A stretch of 64,000 nt of DNA from an uncultured Phycisphaeraceae bacterium (GTDB lineage Bacteria; Planctomycetota; Phycisphaerae; Phycisphaerales; UBA1924): assembly GCA_964510955.1 (NCBI GenBank), contig CAZEDW010000014.1, positions 10,192-74,191 of the forward strand, read 5' to 3'. Each line of letters starts with the position of its first letter. Position 1 is the first letter of the stretch. The notes beneath the pieces were generated by a model that saw only the letters and a list, made by a program, of their open reading frames with translations, was not told the origin of the DNA and searched no databases. Below, in pieces: positions 47,610 through 56,868 of this stretch. The position numbers and the translations under genes were made by a program.

Positions 47610-48278
47610 TCAGCGACGACGGCGTGATCCGATCAACAACGTCGCTACGCTGAATCCCGCGGGGACGCCGGGGGTGGGGACCGCGACGATGTAAACGGCG
47701 TATCGCGTGCCCGAGCCGGGTGACGAGGTGACGTAGTCGAGGTAGTACGGCTGGGCCCAAAGCCCGGCGTTGCTGGAGGCGTTGGAGGCGCCGAACCTGA
47801 GATTTCCGACCACACCGTTGATGCCGGTGGCGCTGTCCTGGATGTTGACAGCGAGGCCGAGTGTGTCCGGGACGCCGGCGCCGGGGCGCAGCATGAGGCT
47901 GGCGATGAAGAGGCGGTCGCCCGGGCCGCTGGGGACGAAGGACTGGGAGAACCAGATCCCGCGCAAGGAGCCGGAGGCGATGGTGGTGCCGGAGACCAGG
48001 CCGATGCCGCGATTGGAGCTGTAGCTGATCGAGGAGGGGCCCAGGGGGTCCATGCCGAAATACGAGGTGAACTCGAGGCCGGGGTTGGTAAGGATGTCGC
48101 CGGATGTTGGGGCGAGCAGGCCGGGAGACGTGGTGGTGGTGCCGGTGCCGGTCCAGGAGATCGGGTTCCCGACGGCGCCGGAAACAACGCCGGCGTCGCA
48201 CGCGTTGACGGCGAACGAGGCGGCGGCGCAGTGGGATGCGCAGAAACCGACGGCGGCGAGCGTGAAGAGATACTTCAA
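47610..48278 (-). CDS. PEP-CTERM sorting-domain secreted protein
   Basis: The track ORF extends to 48491. I prefer a TTG start at 48278 (KYLFTLAAVGFCASHCAAAS signal) preceded by GGAAGG. C-terminal VPTPGVPAGFSVATLLIGSRRRR. Confidence 0.75.
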   Translation of the reverse strand: MKYLFTLAAVGFCASHCAAASFAVNACDAGVVSGAVGNPISWTGTGTTTTSPGLLAPTSGDILTNPGLEFTSYFGMDPLGPSSISYSSNRGIGLVSGTTIASGSLRGIWFSQSFVPSGPGDRLFIASLMLRPGAGVPDTLGLAVNIQDSATGINGVVGNLRFGASNASSNAGLWAQPYYLDYVTSSPGSGTRYAVYIVAVPTPGVPAGFSVATLLIGSRRRR

Positions 48279-48567
48279 GTGACGTGCCTTCCGTTGGGTA
48301 GGGCGGGACCTTCCTGGTTCAAGGATAACTTGGCGTGGGAGCCACGCAAGAGAAAAGCTCCATCCGAAGCGGAAACCGATTCGGGGACGCATCACAGCGC
48401 GGTCGTGCTCGGAAAGGGTTCGCAACGTGTGAGGGAGCGGTCGATCGGGCAGCTGCGCCCCGCCCGAACGGTTTCTCCGCTTCGGAAGCATCGAACCATG
48501 AAATCCTGCGCCACGCTTCGGCAGCCGTCCTCGACGGTGTGGGCGTGGTGATGCTCTGGGACCCGTC

Positions 48568-49749
48568 TTACGGGCATGCTTGACCGAATGCCCCGATCAT
48601 GACGGTGAGGTCAAGGGTGTTGACCACCCCGTCGTTGTTCACGTCACCGCCGGTGCCGGGGCGGACGGGCTGGCCGAAGTTCGCCAGCAGCACGAGCAGG
48701 TCGCTGGTGTTGACCGTCTGGTCGAGGTTGACGTCGCCGGGGCAGCGGTAGCTCCGGATGTACTGCGCGTACGGCTCGACCTGGGCCGCGAGAGTGTCGG
48801 CGCCGCCGTAGGCGATGGCGCCGTGCGCGAGGATTTCGGCGTCGGTGAAGAGGGGAAAGCTCGCGCCGAAGCCCGAGTTCAGGGCGGTCATCATGACGTT
48901 GGCGAAGACGCCCTGGAGGGTCGTGTGGGGGTGGGCGCCGTCGTCCACAAAGCCCGCGAGCGGGTTGGTGTGCGTGGCGGTGTCGCGGTTGAAGAGCTGG
49001 ATATTGACGTTGCCGATGGTGAGGAACTGGCGGAGCGCGCCGTTGGTGCCCAGCAGCACGGTGCCGAGTCGGTTGATGTCGATCAGCACGCAGTGATACT
49101 GCCGGGCGATCGCCTCGACGCCGGCGTTCACGCGGGCGATGACGGCGGAGACACGGTCGCGGCGCGAGGCGGTGCCGAAGAACTGCCGCGTGACCGGGGC
49201 GGGCCCGAAATCGACGTAGTTGCAGAGCATCAGGTTGACACCCGAGGCCTGAACGGTCTGGACGATGGAGGCCACGTTCGCCAGGCGGGTGTTGACGTAG
49301 TTGTCGATGGTGGACTGGCTCCACAGTCCCCAGTAGATGTTGAAATAGGCGTTGCTGGTGGGGGAGAAGTCGTTGGTGCCGATCTCGATGACCGCGTGCG
49401 TGACGCCGCCGAGGGTGCACTGCGAGGCGAGCCCGGTCGGCTGGTTGTTGGTGATGGCGGTGGCGCTGTCGTCGCCGTAGCGTGCCCAGTTGAACTGGTA
49501 GCCGGTGCGGCGCGGCTCGCCCCACGAGTTGCCGGGCTGCGATGCGGCCGCGGCGGTCGGGCCCATGTCAACCCCCCGGAACGCGACGAGCTGCATGGTC
49601 CAGTTCTGCGCGTACGAGTAGGTCTCCTCGGCGTATTCATCGGTCAGGCTGTCGCCCATCGCGCCCAGCCGGAGCGGCTGCGCCCCCGCGATGCAGGTAC
49701 AGGCAGCCAGCGCGAGCACCGGCGTGATACGGATACGGCGTGTGACCAT
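48568..49749 (-). CDS. SGNH/GDSL hydrolase with C-terminal double dockerin-like module
   Basis: 393 aa with a signal peptide. GAMGDSLTDEY is GDSL block I. C-terminal GDVNLDQTVNTSDLLVLLANFG...GDVNNDGVVNTLDLTVMIGAFGQACP. Confidence 0.85.
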   Translation of the reverse strand: MVTRRIRITPVLALAACTCIAGAQPLRLGAMGDSLTDEYAEETYSYAQNWTMQLVAFRGVDMGPTAAAASQPGNSWGEPRRTGYQFNWARYGDDSATAITNNQPTGLASQCTLGGVTHAVIEIGTNDFSPTSNAYFNIYWGLWSQSTIDNYVNTRLANVASIVQTVQASGVNLMLCNYVDFGPAPVTRQFFGTASRRDRVSAVIARVNAGVEAIARQYHCVLIDINRLGTVLLGTNGALRQFLTIGNVNIQLFNRDTATHTNPLAGFVDDGAHPHTTLQGVFANVMMTALNSGFGASFPLFTDAEILAHGAIAYGGADTLAAQVEPYAQYIRSYRCPGDVNLDQTVNTSDLLVLLANFGQPVRPGTGGDVNNDGVVNTLDLTVMIGAFGQACP

Positions 49750-49814
49750 CGGCTCTCTCTCTTTCCGGGCGGGAGTGGGAGCGCAACGATAGCGGCGTCA
49801 GCACGGCGCGGGGG

Positions 49815-50870
49815 TCAGCAGTGGTTCCCGAAGTGGGCCAGCAGGATGGTGAGGTCCGGGGTGCTCACGAACCCGTCGCCGGTCAGGTCGCCGTTGGAGT
49901 AAGGGGTCACCACTTGGCCGAAGTGGCCCAGCTGGCGGACGAGGTCGGCGGTGGTGACATCGCTATCGCGGTTGATATCGCCGGGGCATTCCAGGGGGTC
50001 GTCGTCGCTGGGGTCGGTGCCGGGGTTGCCAATTCCGGCGCGGAGATTCGTGATGAACACCGCGCTGTCGAGGATCTGGTCGTTCACGTCGCCGACCTCG
50101 AAGAGGAGCGTGTGCGGGCCCGCGTCCAGCTCGGGGGTGGTGGTGGTGAGGTGGTGGATGAGCGCGTGGGGGTTCGCGAAGGCGGTGTTCAGGTCCGCGG
50201 TGGTTTCGAGCCCGGCGAATGAGCTGCCGACCTGCACGGCGTTACCGTTGGCGTCAAAGGTGACCTGGTCGGTGGCGTTGGTGCCGTCGAGGAACACCAG
50301 GAACGCGTCGGTGAACTGGCTGGTCCAGTAGGGGAACTCAACCGAGCCGAAGATGAAATCGAACTTGACGGCGCTGGTGTCGGCGAGCTCGAAGGTCACC
50401 TCGATGGCGGCGACGTCGTACGAGCCGTTGAAGTTCTCGATGTTGCCCGAGCTGTTGCCGTAGTGGTCGAACTCCTGCGTGCCGCCGCCGGCGGGATCGG
50501 GGTTCATGGCGCTGTTGATGACCGCGGGCGGTGACGAGGGGTCATAGTCAGGCTGCTGGGCCTCGGGGAACGGGCCCATCTGCGCGACGTTGCCGCTGGA
50601 GAGCACGACCCCCCGACCGATCGTCACCGGCGGCTGGGCGAAGTTGCTGTACACGCCGAACTGGCCTTCCACCCCGTTGCGGATAACCAGCGAGGTGATC
50701 GTAAGGCCCGGGTTGGCGGCGACCAGCGCCTCGGCGAGCGCCTGAGGATCGGTGGTGGGGGTGGTGGCGACCTGGGCGAAGGAGGAGGATGCGGCGAGCA
50801 GCGCGGGCACGCCCGTGAGCAGGGCGCGAGCCATCGTGCCGTGGCGGTTGGACTGAGCATTGAGCGTCAT
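49815..50870 (-). CDS. choice-of-anchor-L-like secreted protein with C-terminal double dockerin-like module
   Basis: The track ORF extends to 51002; the ATG at 50870 is preferred. Contains GVVLSSGNV and FDFIFGSVEFPYWTSQFTDAFLVFLDG. C-terminal GDINRDSDVTTADLVRQLGHFG...GDLTGDGFVSTPDLTILLAHFGNHC. Confidence 0.75.
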   Translation of the reverse strand: MTLNAQSNRHGTMARALLTGVPALLAASSSFAQVATTPTTDPQALAEALVAANPGLTITSLVIRNGVEGQFGVYSNFAQPPVTIGRGVVLSSGNVAQMGPFPEAQQPDYDPSSPPAVINSAMNPDPAGGGTQEFDHYGNSSGNIENFNGSYDVAAIEVTFELADTSAVKFDFIFGSVEFPYWTSQFTDAFLVFLDGTNATDQVTFDANGNAVQVGSSFAGLETTADLNTAFANPHALIHHLTTTTPELDAGPHTLLFEVGDVNDQILDSAVFITNLRAGIGNPGTDPSDDDPLECPGDINRDSDVTTADLVRQLGHFGQVVTPYSNGDLTGDGFVSTPDLTILLAHFGNHC

Positions 50871-51120
50871 TTCTGTGCGTCTCCAGGGTGGGTCTGCGTG
50901 TTCATCCCGACGGGGCGGGGGAGGCATCGATGCAGGCTGCCTCGGAAAAGCAAGACACGTGCCGGGTCGGCCACGCCAAAACGCAGTGCAATTCCCGGTC
51001 ATCGCTGGAAGATTTCAGCCATTATGGAATGATTCAGGCGGCTCTGAGCCGCGTGCTGAGGTATCGAGATGCGACCGGGGATCGCTTTTCACACCCGAAT
51101 CCGTCGAGGTTCTCAGACTT

Positions 51121-51156
51121 GGGACGGGACGCCGACGCCGGGTACATTCCCGTCCC
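51121..51156 (+). promoter_or_regulatory. 9-bp hairpin abutting the OPT transporter start codon
   Basis: GGGACGGGA (51121-51129) and TCCCGTCCC (51148-51156) are perfectly complementary. The ATG begins at 51157. Confidence 0.4.
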
Positions 51157-53145
51157 ATGGCTCTCCCCCAACTCACCGACGAACAGATCCATAAGTGGAC
51201 CCGCGAAGAGAAGGACCGTTGGTGGCTGGCCAACGTGTTCAAGGGCGACATGCCGCAGCTCACGATCCGCTCGGCCGTCACCGGTTTCGTGCTCGGCGGG
51301 GTGCTCTCGGCAACCAACCTCTACATCGGGGCCAAGACCGGCGTGGGGCTGGGGGTCGGGCTGACGAGCGTCATCCTCGCGTTCGGGATGTTCAAGCTCT
51401 TCGCGGCGCTCAAGCTGGGGAGCGACTTCACGCTGCTTGAAAACAACGCGATGCAGAGCATCGCCACCAGCGCGGGGTACATGGTGTTGCCCTTGGTGTC
51501 GTGCTTCACGGCGTACATGTGGAAGGCCGACGTGGTGATGCCGTGGTACCAGGCCCTGGTGTGGAACGTCATCACCGCCCTCATGGGGGTGCTGGTGGCG
51601 TTCCCGATGAAGCGGCGGTTCATCAACGACGATCAGTTGCCGTTCCCCGAGGGGCGCGCCTGCGGCGTGGTGCTGGACTCGCTCTACTCGGGCAAGGGGG
51701 CGCTGGGCATCATCCAGGCCAAGGCGCTGCTGGTCGCGGGAGTGCTGACGGCGGTGATCCAGTCGTGCATCCACGAGGCCACAATGAAGCTGGTGTGGCT
51801 GAAACTGCTGGGGCGCGACTCGTACTTCTTCATGAACGAGAAGATCGATCAGGTCTACTACAACTGGATCGCCAGGAGCGGCGGCGGCCCGCCCACCATC
51901 AACGGCGTCGACATCCGGGAGCTCGGGCTGCGACCGACGCTCGACATCGCCCTGCTCGGCACGGGCGGCCTGATGGGCTGGCGGACCACCACGAGCATGA
52001 TGGTCGGCATGGTGGTGAACTTCGCGGTTCTGGCGCCGTGGATGATCGGCGCAAAGGAGATCCATGGCGCCGTCGGCGCGGACGGCATGGAGCATTTCTC
52101 ACGCATCATCATCGTGAACAAGTGGGCCATCTGGTGGGGAGTCGCCATCATGGTGGTGGGGTCGCTGGTGGCGCTGTTCGCCAAGCCGAAGATGCTGATC
52201 GACCCGTTCAAGGCCTTCTTCCGGCGCGGCGATGCCGAGAAGAAGGGCGCTGACCCGATGCGGGCGATCGAGCTGCCGGTCACCTGGTCGGTCATCGGGC
52301 TGCCGATTCTCGCGGTGATCACCGCGTGGCTGGCGAACATCTGGTACGAGATGCCCTACTGGCTGACGCTGACGTGCTTCCCGCTGGTGTTCGCGCTGTC
52401 GCTGATCTGCATCAACGCCATGGCGCTGACCAGCTGGACCCCCACCGGCTCGCTCGCCAAGATCACCCAGTTCACCTTCGGCATGCTCGACCGGCACAAC
52501 CCCGCCAGCAACCTGATGACGGCGGGGATCACGTCGAGCGTCGCGGCCAACGCGGCCAACCTGCTGTCGGACATCAAGCCGGGGTACATGCTGGGGGCCA
52601 AGCCGCGTCAGCAGGCGGTGGGGCACGTCATCGGGATCGTGGCCGGGGCTGCCGCCGCCACGCCGCTGTTCTACGCCATGTTCCTGTCGGGGTATGAGCC
52701 GGGCAAGAGAGTGCAGGACGCGATGGCGACGGATCAGTTCTCGTTCCCCTCGGCCCTGCAGTGGAAGGGCGTGGCCGACATGATCGAGGGCGGGTTCAGC
52801 GGTCTGACCACGTCGATCCAGTGGTCGCTGGTGATCGCGGCGGCGGCGGCGCTGGTGTTCGAGGTGGCCAAGATCGCGTCGAGAGGGAAGTTCTGGCTGT
52901 CGCCGGTGAGCATCGGCCTGGGGGTGGTGCTGCCGTGCGACGCCACGCTCTCGATGTGGATCGGGTCACTGGTGTTTCACTGGCTGCACATGTTCTACAA
53001 GAAGCGGCGCGAGGGCACGCTGGGCCACACGCTGTGGGCGCTTTCGGTCGAACCGATCTGCGCCGGGATCATCGCCGGCGCGGCGCTCACGGGTATTGCC
53101 GACAAGCTCGTCGAGGTGTTCGTTCTGCCGAAGATCGGTTTGTGA
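51157..53145 (+). CDS. OPT-family oligopeptide transporter
   Basis: Track ORF is 50860..53145; the ATG at 51157 is preferred. MALPQLTDEQIHKWTREEKDRWWLANVFKGDMPQLTIRS followed by many TM segments, typical of bacterial OPT proteins. Confidence 0.8.
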   Translation: MALPQLTDEQIHKWTREEKDRWWLANVFKGDMPQLTIRSAVTGFVLGGVLSATNLYIGAKTGVGLGVGLTSVILAFGMFKLFAALKLGSDFTLLENNAMQSIATSAGYMVLPLVSCFTAYMWKADVVMPWYQALVWNVITALMGVLVAFPMKRRFINDDQLPFPEGRACGVVLDSLYSGKGALGIIQAKALLVAGVLTAVIQSCIHEATMKLVWLKLLGRDSYFFMNEKIDQVYYNWIARSGGGPPTINGVDIRELGLRPTLDIALLGTGGLMGWRTTTSMMVGMVVNFAVLAPWMIGAKEIHGAVGADGMEHFSRIIIVNKWAIWWGVAIMVVGSLVALFAKPKMLIDPFKAFFRRGDAEKKGADPMRAIELPVTWSVIGLPILAVITAWLANIWYEMPYWLTLTCFPLVFALSLICINAMALTSWTPTGSLAKITQFTFGMLDRHNPASNLMTAGITSSVAANAANLLSDIKPGYMLGAKPRQQAVGHVIGIVAGAAAATPLFYAMFLSGYEPGKRVQDAMATDQFSFPSALQWKGVADMIEGGFSGLTTSIQWSLVIAAAAALVFEVAKIASRGKFWLSPVSIGLGVVLPCDATLSMWIGSLVFHWLHMFYKKRREGTLGHTLWALSVEPICAGIIAGAALTGIADKLVEVFVLPKIGL

Positions 53146-53157
53146 TGCTGCGCTGGG

Positions 53158-54930
53158 CTACGCGGCGGCCACGTCGCACAGCTCGCCCTCGACCGACTCA
53201 GCGCCGTTGAACACGTTGATGCGCGGGTGTATCGCCACGTCAACGGCCCGACCGGCCCGGAAGTGCTGCAGGCGGTCGCCCCAGCGCCAGCCCACCAGCC
53301 GGATGGTTCGTCCCTGGTGCGAAAGCCGCACGTTGAGGTGCGCCCCGTTGGCGCCCATCGGCGCGGCGTCCATCATGGGCTTGGCGCCACGCACGACAAG
53401 GCACGGGCGCGGGTTGCCCCGCCCGAACGGGCCCAGGGCCATCAGGGCCCGCACCGCGTCGTGCGTCAGCTCCCCCAGGCCCGCCTCGCAGTCCACGCGG
53501 AGGCGAGGCGTGAGCATCTCCGGGGTGATGAGATCGCCGGCGGCCTCTGAGAAACGGCGTGCGAACTCGTCAAGGCGGTCGTTGCGCACGACCATGCCGG
53601 CCGCCATGTCGTGCCCGCCGAACTTCTCCAGGAGGTCCGCGCACGCCGACAGGCCGGCGTGGAGATTGAACCCGTCGATGGACCTCCCCGAGCCGTGCGA
53701 GGTCTCGGCCCCGCGCGCCAGCAGGATAGTCGGTCGGTGGAAGCGCGCGATCAGGCGCGAGCACACGATGCCCACGACGCCGGCGTGCCAGTCCGGGTGG
53801 GCGAGCACGATGGCGCGGGACTCCGGGCGGGTCATGCCCGCCTGCTGCGCCATCTCGCAGGCCTGCTCAAAGATCGCCTTCTCGGTCTTCTGACGCTCGG
53901 CGTTGAGCGAGTTCAACTCCCGGGCGACGGCGGCGGCGCGGTCGGGTGGCGCGACGGTCAGCATCTCCATCGCGGCCTGCGCGTGGGCCATCCGCCCGCA
54001 GGCGTTCAGGCGCGGCGCCAGCGCGAAGCCGGCCCGTTCGCTGTCGATCTCCTCTCCGGCCAGGCCAGCCGCGTCGATCAGCGCCCGAATCCCCGTCAGC
54101 CGCGACCGTTTCAACTGGTCCAGCCCGAAGCGGGCGATCACGCGGTTCTCGCCCTCCAGCGGCACCACGTCGGCGATCGTGCCCAGCCCCGCCAGCGCGA
54201 GCAGTTCGAGCAAAAGGTCGCGGACCGGGTCGGGCAGCTTGTCGCTGCCGCACGCAAGGGTCGCGATCCGCCACGCGAGCTTGAACGCCACGCCCGCGCC
54301 GCACAGCTCGCCGAAGGGGTAGGTGAGACCGGCATCGTCTGCGACGCGCGGGTGCACCACCGCGAAACAGTCGGGCAGTCCCCGTTCCGGCGGCGGCAGG
54401 GCGTGGTGGTCGGTAATGATGAGTTCGGCGCCCCGTCGGGACGCGACGCCCGCCGCCTCGAACGCCGTCACGCCGCAATCCACGGTCACGATGAGCTTTG
54501 CGCCCTTGCCCGCGAGATCGTCGACCGCCTCGGGGTGCAGCCCGTAGCCCTCGTCGAGGCGGTGGGGGACATACGTGGACACGGCGGGGACGGCGCCCCC
54601 CGGCGCCAGCGCCCGCAGCGTGTGGAACAGGATGGCCGAGGCGCACAGCCCGTCCACGTCGTAGTCGCCGTAGATCACGACGGGCTCCGCGCGTCGGAGC
54701 GCCTCGAGAACACGCTCGGCGGCGCGGTCCAGGCCCGGCATGAGCGACGGATCGTGCATCTGCCGGAGCGTGGGACGGCAGAACGCGGAGACGGTGTCGG
54801 GGTCGGTGATTCCGCGGGCGGCAAGGACCTTGGTCACAAGCGCGGGGATGCCCGGTGCGCCCGCCGGCGAGGCGCCCGCGTCTGGCGCCGGCGTGCCCTG
54901 GATCGTCCAGCGGTGGGTCAGGCCGTTCAT
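53158..54930 (-). CDS. recJ: single-stranded-DNA-specific exonuclease RecJ
   Basis: 590 aa. DHH motifs: IYGDYDVDG, TVDCG, IITDHH. DHHA1 region GGHDMAAG. Confidence 0.92.
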   Translation of the reverse strand: MNGLTHRWTIQGTPAPDAGASPAGAPGIPALVTKVLAARGITDPDTVSAFCRPTLRQMHDPSLMPGLDRAAERVLEALRRAEPVVIYGDYDVDGLCASAILFHTLRALAPGGAVPAVSTYVPHRLDEGYGLHPEAVDDLAGKGAKLIVTVDCGVTAFEAAGVASRRGAELIITDHHALPPPERGLPDCFAVVHPRVADDAGLTYPFGELCGAGVAFKLAWRIATLACGSDKLPDPVRDLLLELLALAGLGTIADVVPLEGENRVIARFGLDQLKRSRLTGIRALIDAAGLAGEEIDSERAGFALAPRLNACGRMAHAQAAMEMLTVAPPDRAAAVARELNSLNAERQKTEKAIFEQACEMAQQAGMTRPESRAIVLAHPDWHAGVVGIVCSRLIARFHRPTILLARGAETSHGSGRSIDGFNLHAGLSACADLLEKFGGHDMAAGMVVRNDRLDEFARRFSEAAGDLITPEMLTPRLRVDCEAGLGELTHDAVRALMALGPFGRGNPRPCLVVRGAKPMMDAAPMGANGAHLNVRLSHQGRTIRLVGWRWGDRLQHFRAGRAVDVAIHPRINVFNGAESVEGELCDVAAA

Positions 54931-55110
54931 CGCCGGGACGATAACACCCGGACCGCCCCGTGCGCGGGGGCGCGCGTCGAACGCGGTCCGGGTTCGGCCG
55001 ATATCCGCGTTCGGTGTCCGATTTTCCGATGATTCGCCCCCAACGTCGGCACGCTACATTACCGCCGGAAGCACCGTCGCCGACCCTCCCGCCCCGGAGT
55101 CTCTCTCCCC

Positions 55111-55731
55111 ATGGCCGACCGTTACCAGACCATCCTTCTCTTCGGCGCCCCCGGCTCCGGCAAGGGCACCCAGGGCAAGATCCTCGGGCACGTCCCGGGC
55201 TTCTATCACCTCTCGTGCGGCGAGGTCTTCCGCACCCTCAATACCAACTCCGAGCTGGGCAAGAAGTTCATCGAGTACTCCTCGCGCGGCGAGCTGGTGC
55301 CCGATGACCTCACCATCCGCATGTGGAAGGAGAACATCCACGCCCAGACGGTCCTGAGCCTCTACAAGCCCGGCAACGACATCCTGGTGCTCGACGGCAT
55401 CCCGCGCAACGTCAACCAGGCGCAGGTGATGGACAAGTACATCAACGTGCTGCTGATCGTGCACCTCACCTGCACGGACAAGAACAAGATGTTCGAGCGA
55501 TTGCGCAAGCGGGCGATTAAGGAAAACCGGCTCGACGACGCCAAGGAAGAGGTCATCCGCCGCCGCTGGGACGTCTACGAGAAAGAGACCTACCCGGTGC
55601 TGGCGCACTACCCCGCGTCGGTCGTCAAGACCGTCGAGGCAATCGGCAGCCCGGCGGAGGTGTTGCAGCACATCCTCGAGCTCGTCGTGCCCGTGCAGAG
55701 CAAGCACTTCAAGAATGCGCTGGGCGGGTGA
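55111..55731 (+). CDS. adk: adenylate kinase
   Basis: 206 aa. P-loop LLFGAPGSGKGTQ, followed by HLSCGEVFR and VLDGIPRNVNQA. Confidence 0.88.
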   Translation: MADRYQTILLFGAPGSGKGTQGKILGHVPGFYHLSCGEVFRTLNTNSELGKKFIEYSSRGELVPDDLTIRMWKENIHAQTVLSLYKPGNDILVLDGIPRNVNQAQVMDKYINVLLIVHLTCTDKNKMFERLRKRAIKENRLDDAKEEVIRRRWDVYEKETYPVLAHYPASVVKTVEAIGSPAEVLQHILELVVPVQSKHFKNALGG

Positions 55732-55807
55732 GGAGGTGTGAGGCTCGGGCGACGAATGTGCCACGGGCTCGCCGCCCTCGGCGTGCCCGTGGCCCTTGAG
55801 AGTTCAG

Positions 55808-56824
55808 TTACGAACGCACGAACTCAGCGAGATACCCGCCTGCCGGGGGCATGGGCGTGACGCCGACCATGCGAAGGCCCGCCTCGCCCGCGCTGACGCG
55901 AAGATGGTCCGGGTGGTTGTAGAACAGGATCGAGTGCCCGCCCCTGTGGGCCGGCGCGTGATGCTCGCGCCAGACCTCCACCGCGGCGGGGGTCCAGTCG
56001 AAGAAGTGGATCACTGCCCGCCCGGACGGCTTGAGCACTCGGCGTGCCGCGAGCAGGAACTGGTGCACCAGGTCGATCTTGAAGTGAACAAATACGTCGT
56101 AGGAGAACAGCGTGTCGATGCCCGCGTCGGGCACGCCCGCGAGGCTGGCGGTCTCGTCGTGGTGGAGCCGCAGGCGCCCGAGGTGCCGCCCGAATCGGTG
56201 CTCCATCGCCTCGAACAGCAGGCGCCGGCTGAAGTCCACGGCGTGGTACTCGCCGGCCTGCTCGATTACCCACTGCGTGCACAGCCCGGTGCCCGATCCG
56301 ATCTCGCACACGCAGCCGCCGCGGGGCGTGCACTCCAGCACGCGGTCGATCATCAGGTGCGGGCGAGCCGGGCTCTCGGCGGGGTACTGGTGCAGGTACG
56401 CGTTCCGCAGCCCCGCCTGGGCGCCCATGGCGTGCTCGAACTGATCGATGAGCGCATCGTCCCACGGCTTGGACTCGAAACGCGCGGGGCAGGTCAGCAG
56501 GTACAGGCCGCGCTCGCGGATGATGGAGCGGCGTGCCCACATGGCGTCCTGGGCGGCGCCCTCGGCGGTGAGGATCACGGCCCGTGCGCCCGCCGCCGCC
56601 GCCTGCTCCAAACTGAGGACGGGCAGCCCCGCGACGTGCAACCCGTGCTTGCGTGCGTCGTCGTCGATGATCCCCACGAAGGTGCCCGGCGCGGCCCGGA
56701 AGCTCGGGCGCAGGGCCTCGGCGGTGCGCCCGGCGCCCCAGAGCGCCACGGGCGTCTGTCCGGCCCGCACGAGGCGCGCCGTCAGGTGCTCAAACTGGTC
56801 TCGGTCGGCGGCGGTGATGCTCAT
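55808..56824 (-). CDS. class I SAM-dependent methyltransferase with N-terminal Rossmann-like extension
   Basis: 338 aa. VCEIGSGTGLC (motif I), VDFS, and VLKPSGRAVIHF. The N-terminal 120 aa resemble a NeuD/CoA-binding-like Rossmann domain. Confidence 0.7.
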   Translation of the reverse strand: MSITAADRDQFEHLTARLVRAGQTPVALWGAGRTAEALRPSFRAAPGTFVGIIDDDARKHGLHVAGLPVLSLEQAAAAGARAVILTAEGAAQDAMWARRSIIRERGLYLLTCPARFESKPWDDALIDQFEHAMGAQAGLRNAYLHQYPAESPARPHLMIDRVLECTPRGGCVCEIGSGTGLCTQWVIEQAGEYHAVDFSRRLLFEAMEHRFGRHLGRLRLHHDETASLAGVPDAGIDTLFSYDVFVHFKIDLVHQFLLAARRVLKPSGRAVIHFFDWTPAAVEVWREHHAPAHRGGHSILFYNHPDHLRVSAGEAGLRMVGVTPMPPAGGYLAEFVRS

Positions 56825-56868
56825 GGCGGCGCCGGTTCAGCGCGTCCGGCTGAACTACAGTTCGGCCC

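Noticed and set aside
48580-49902. 440-aa plus-strand ORF
   Set aside because: It is antisense to the GDSL hydrolase gene, so it is a shadow ORF.
53611-55032. 473-aa plus-strand ORF
   Set aside because: It is antisense to recJ, whose DHH/DHHA1 motifs are clear on the minus strand.
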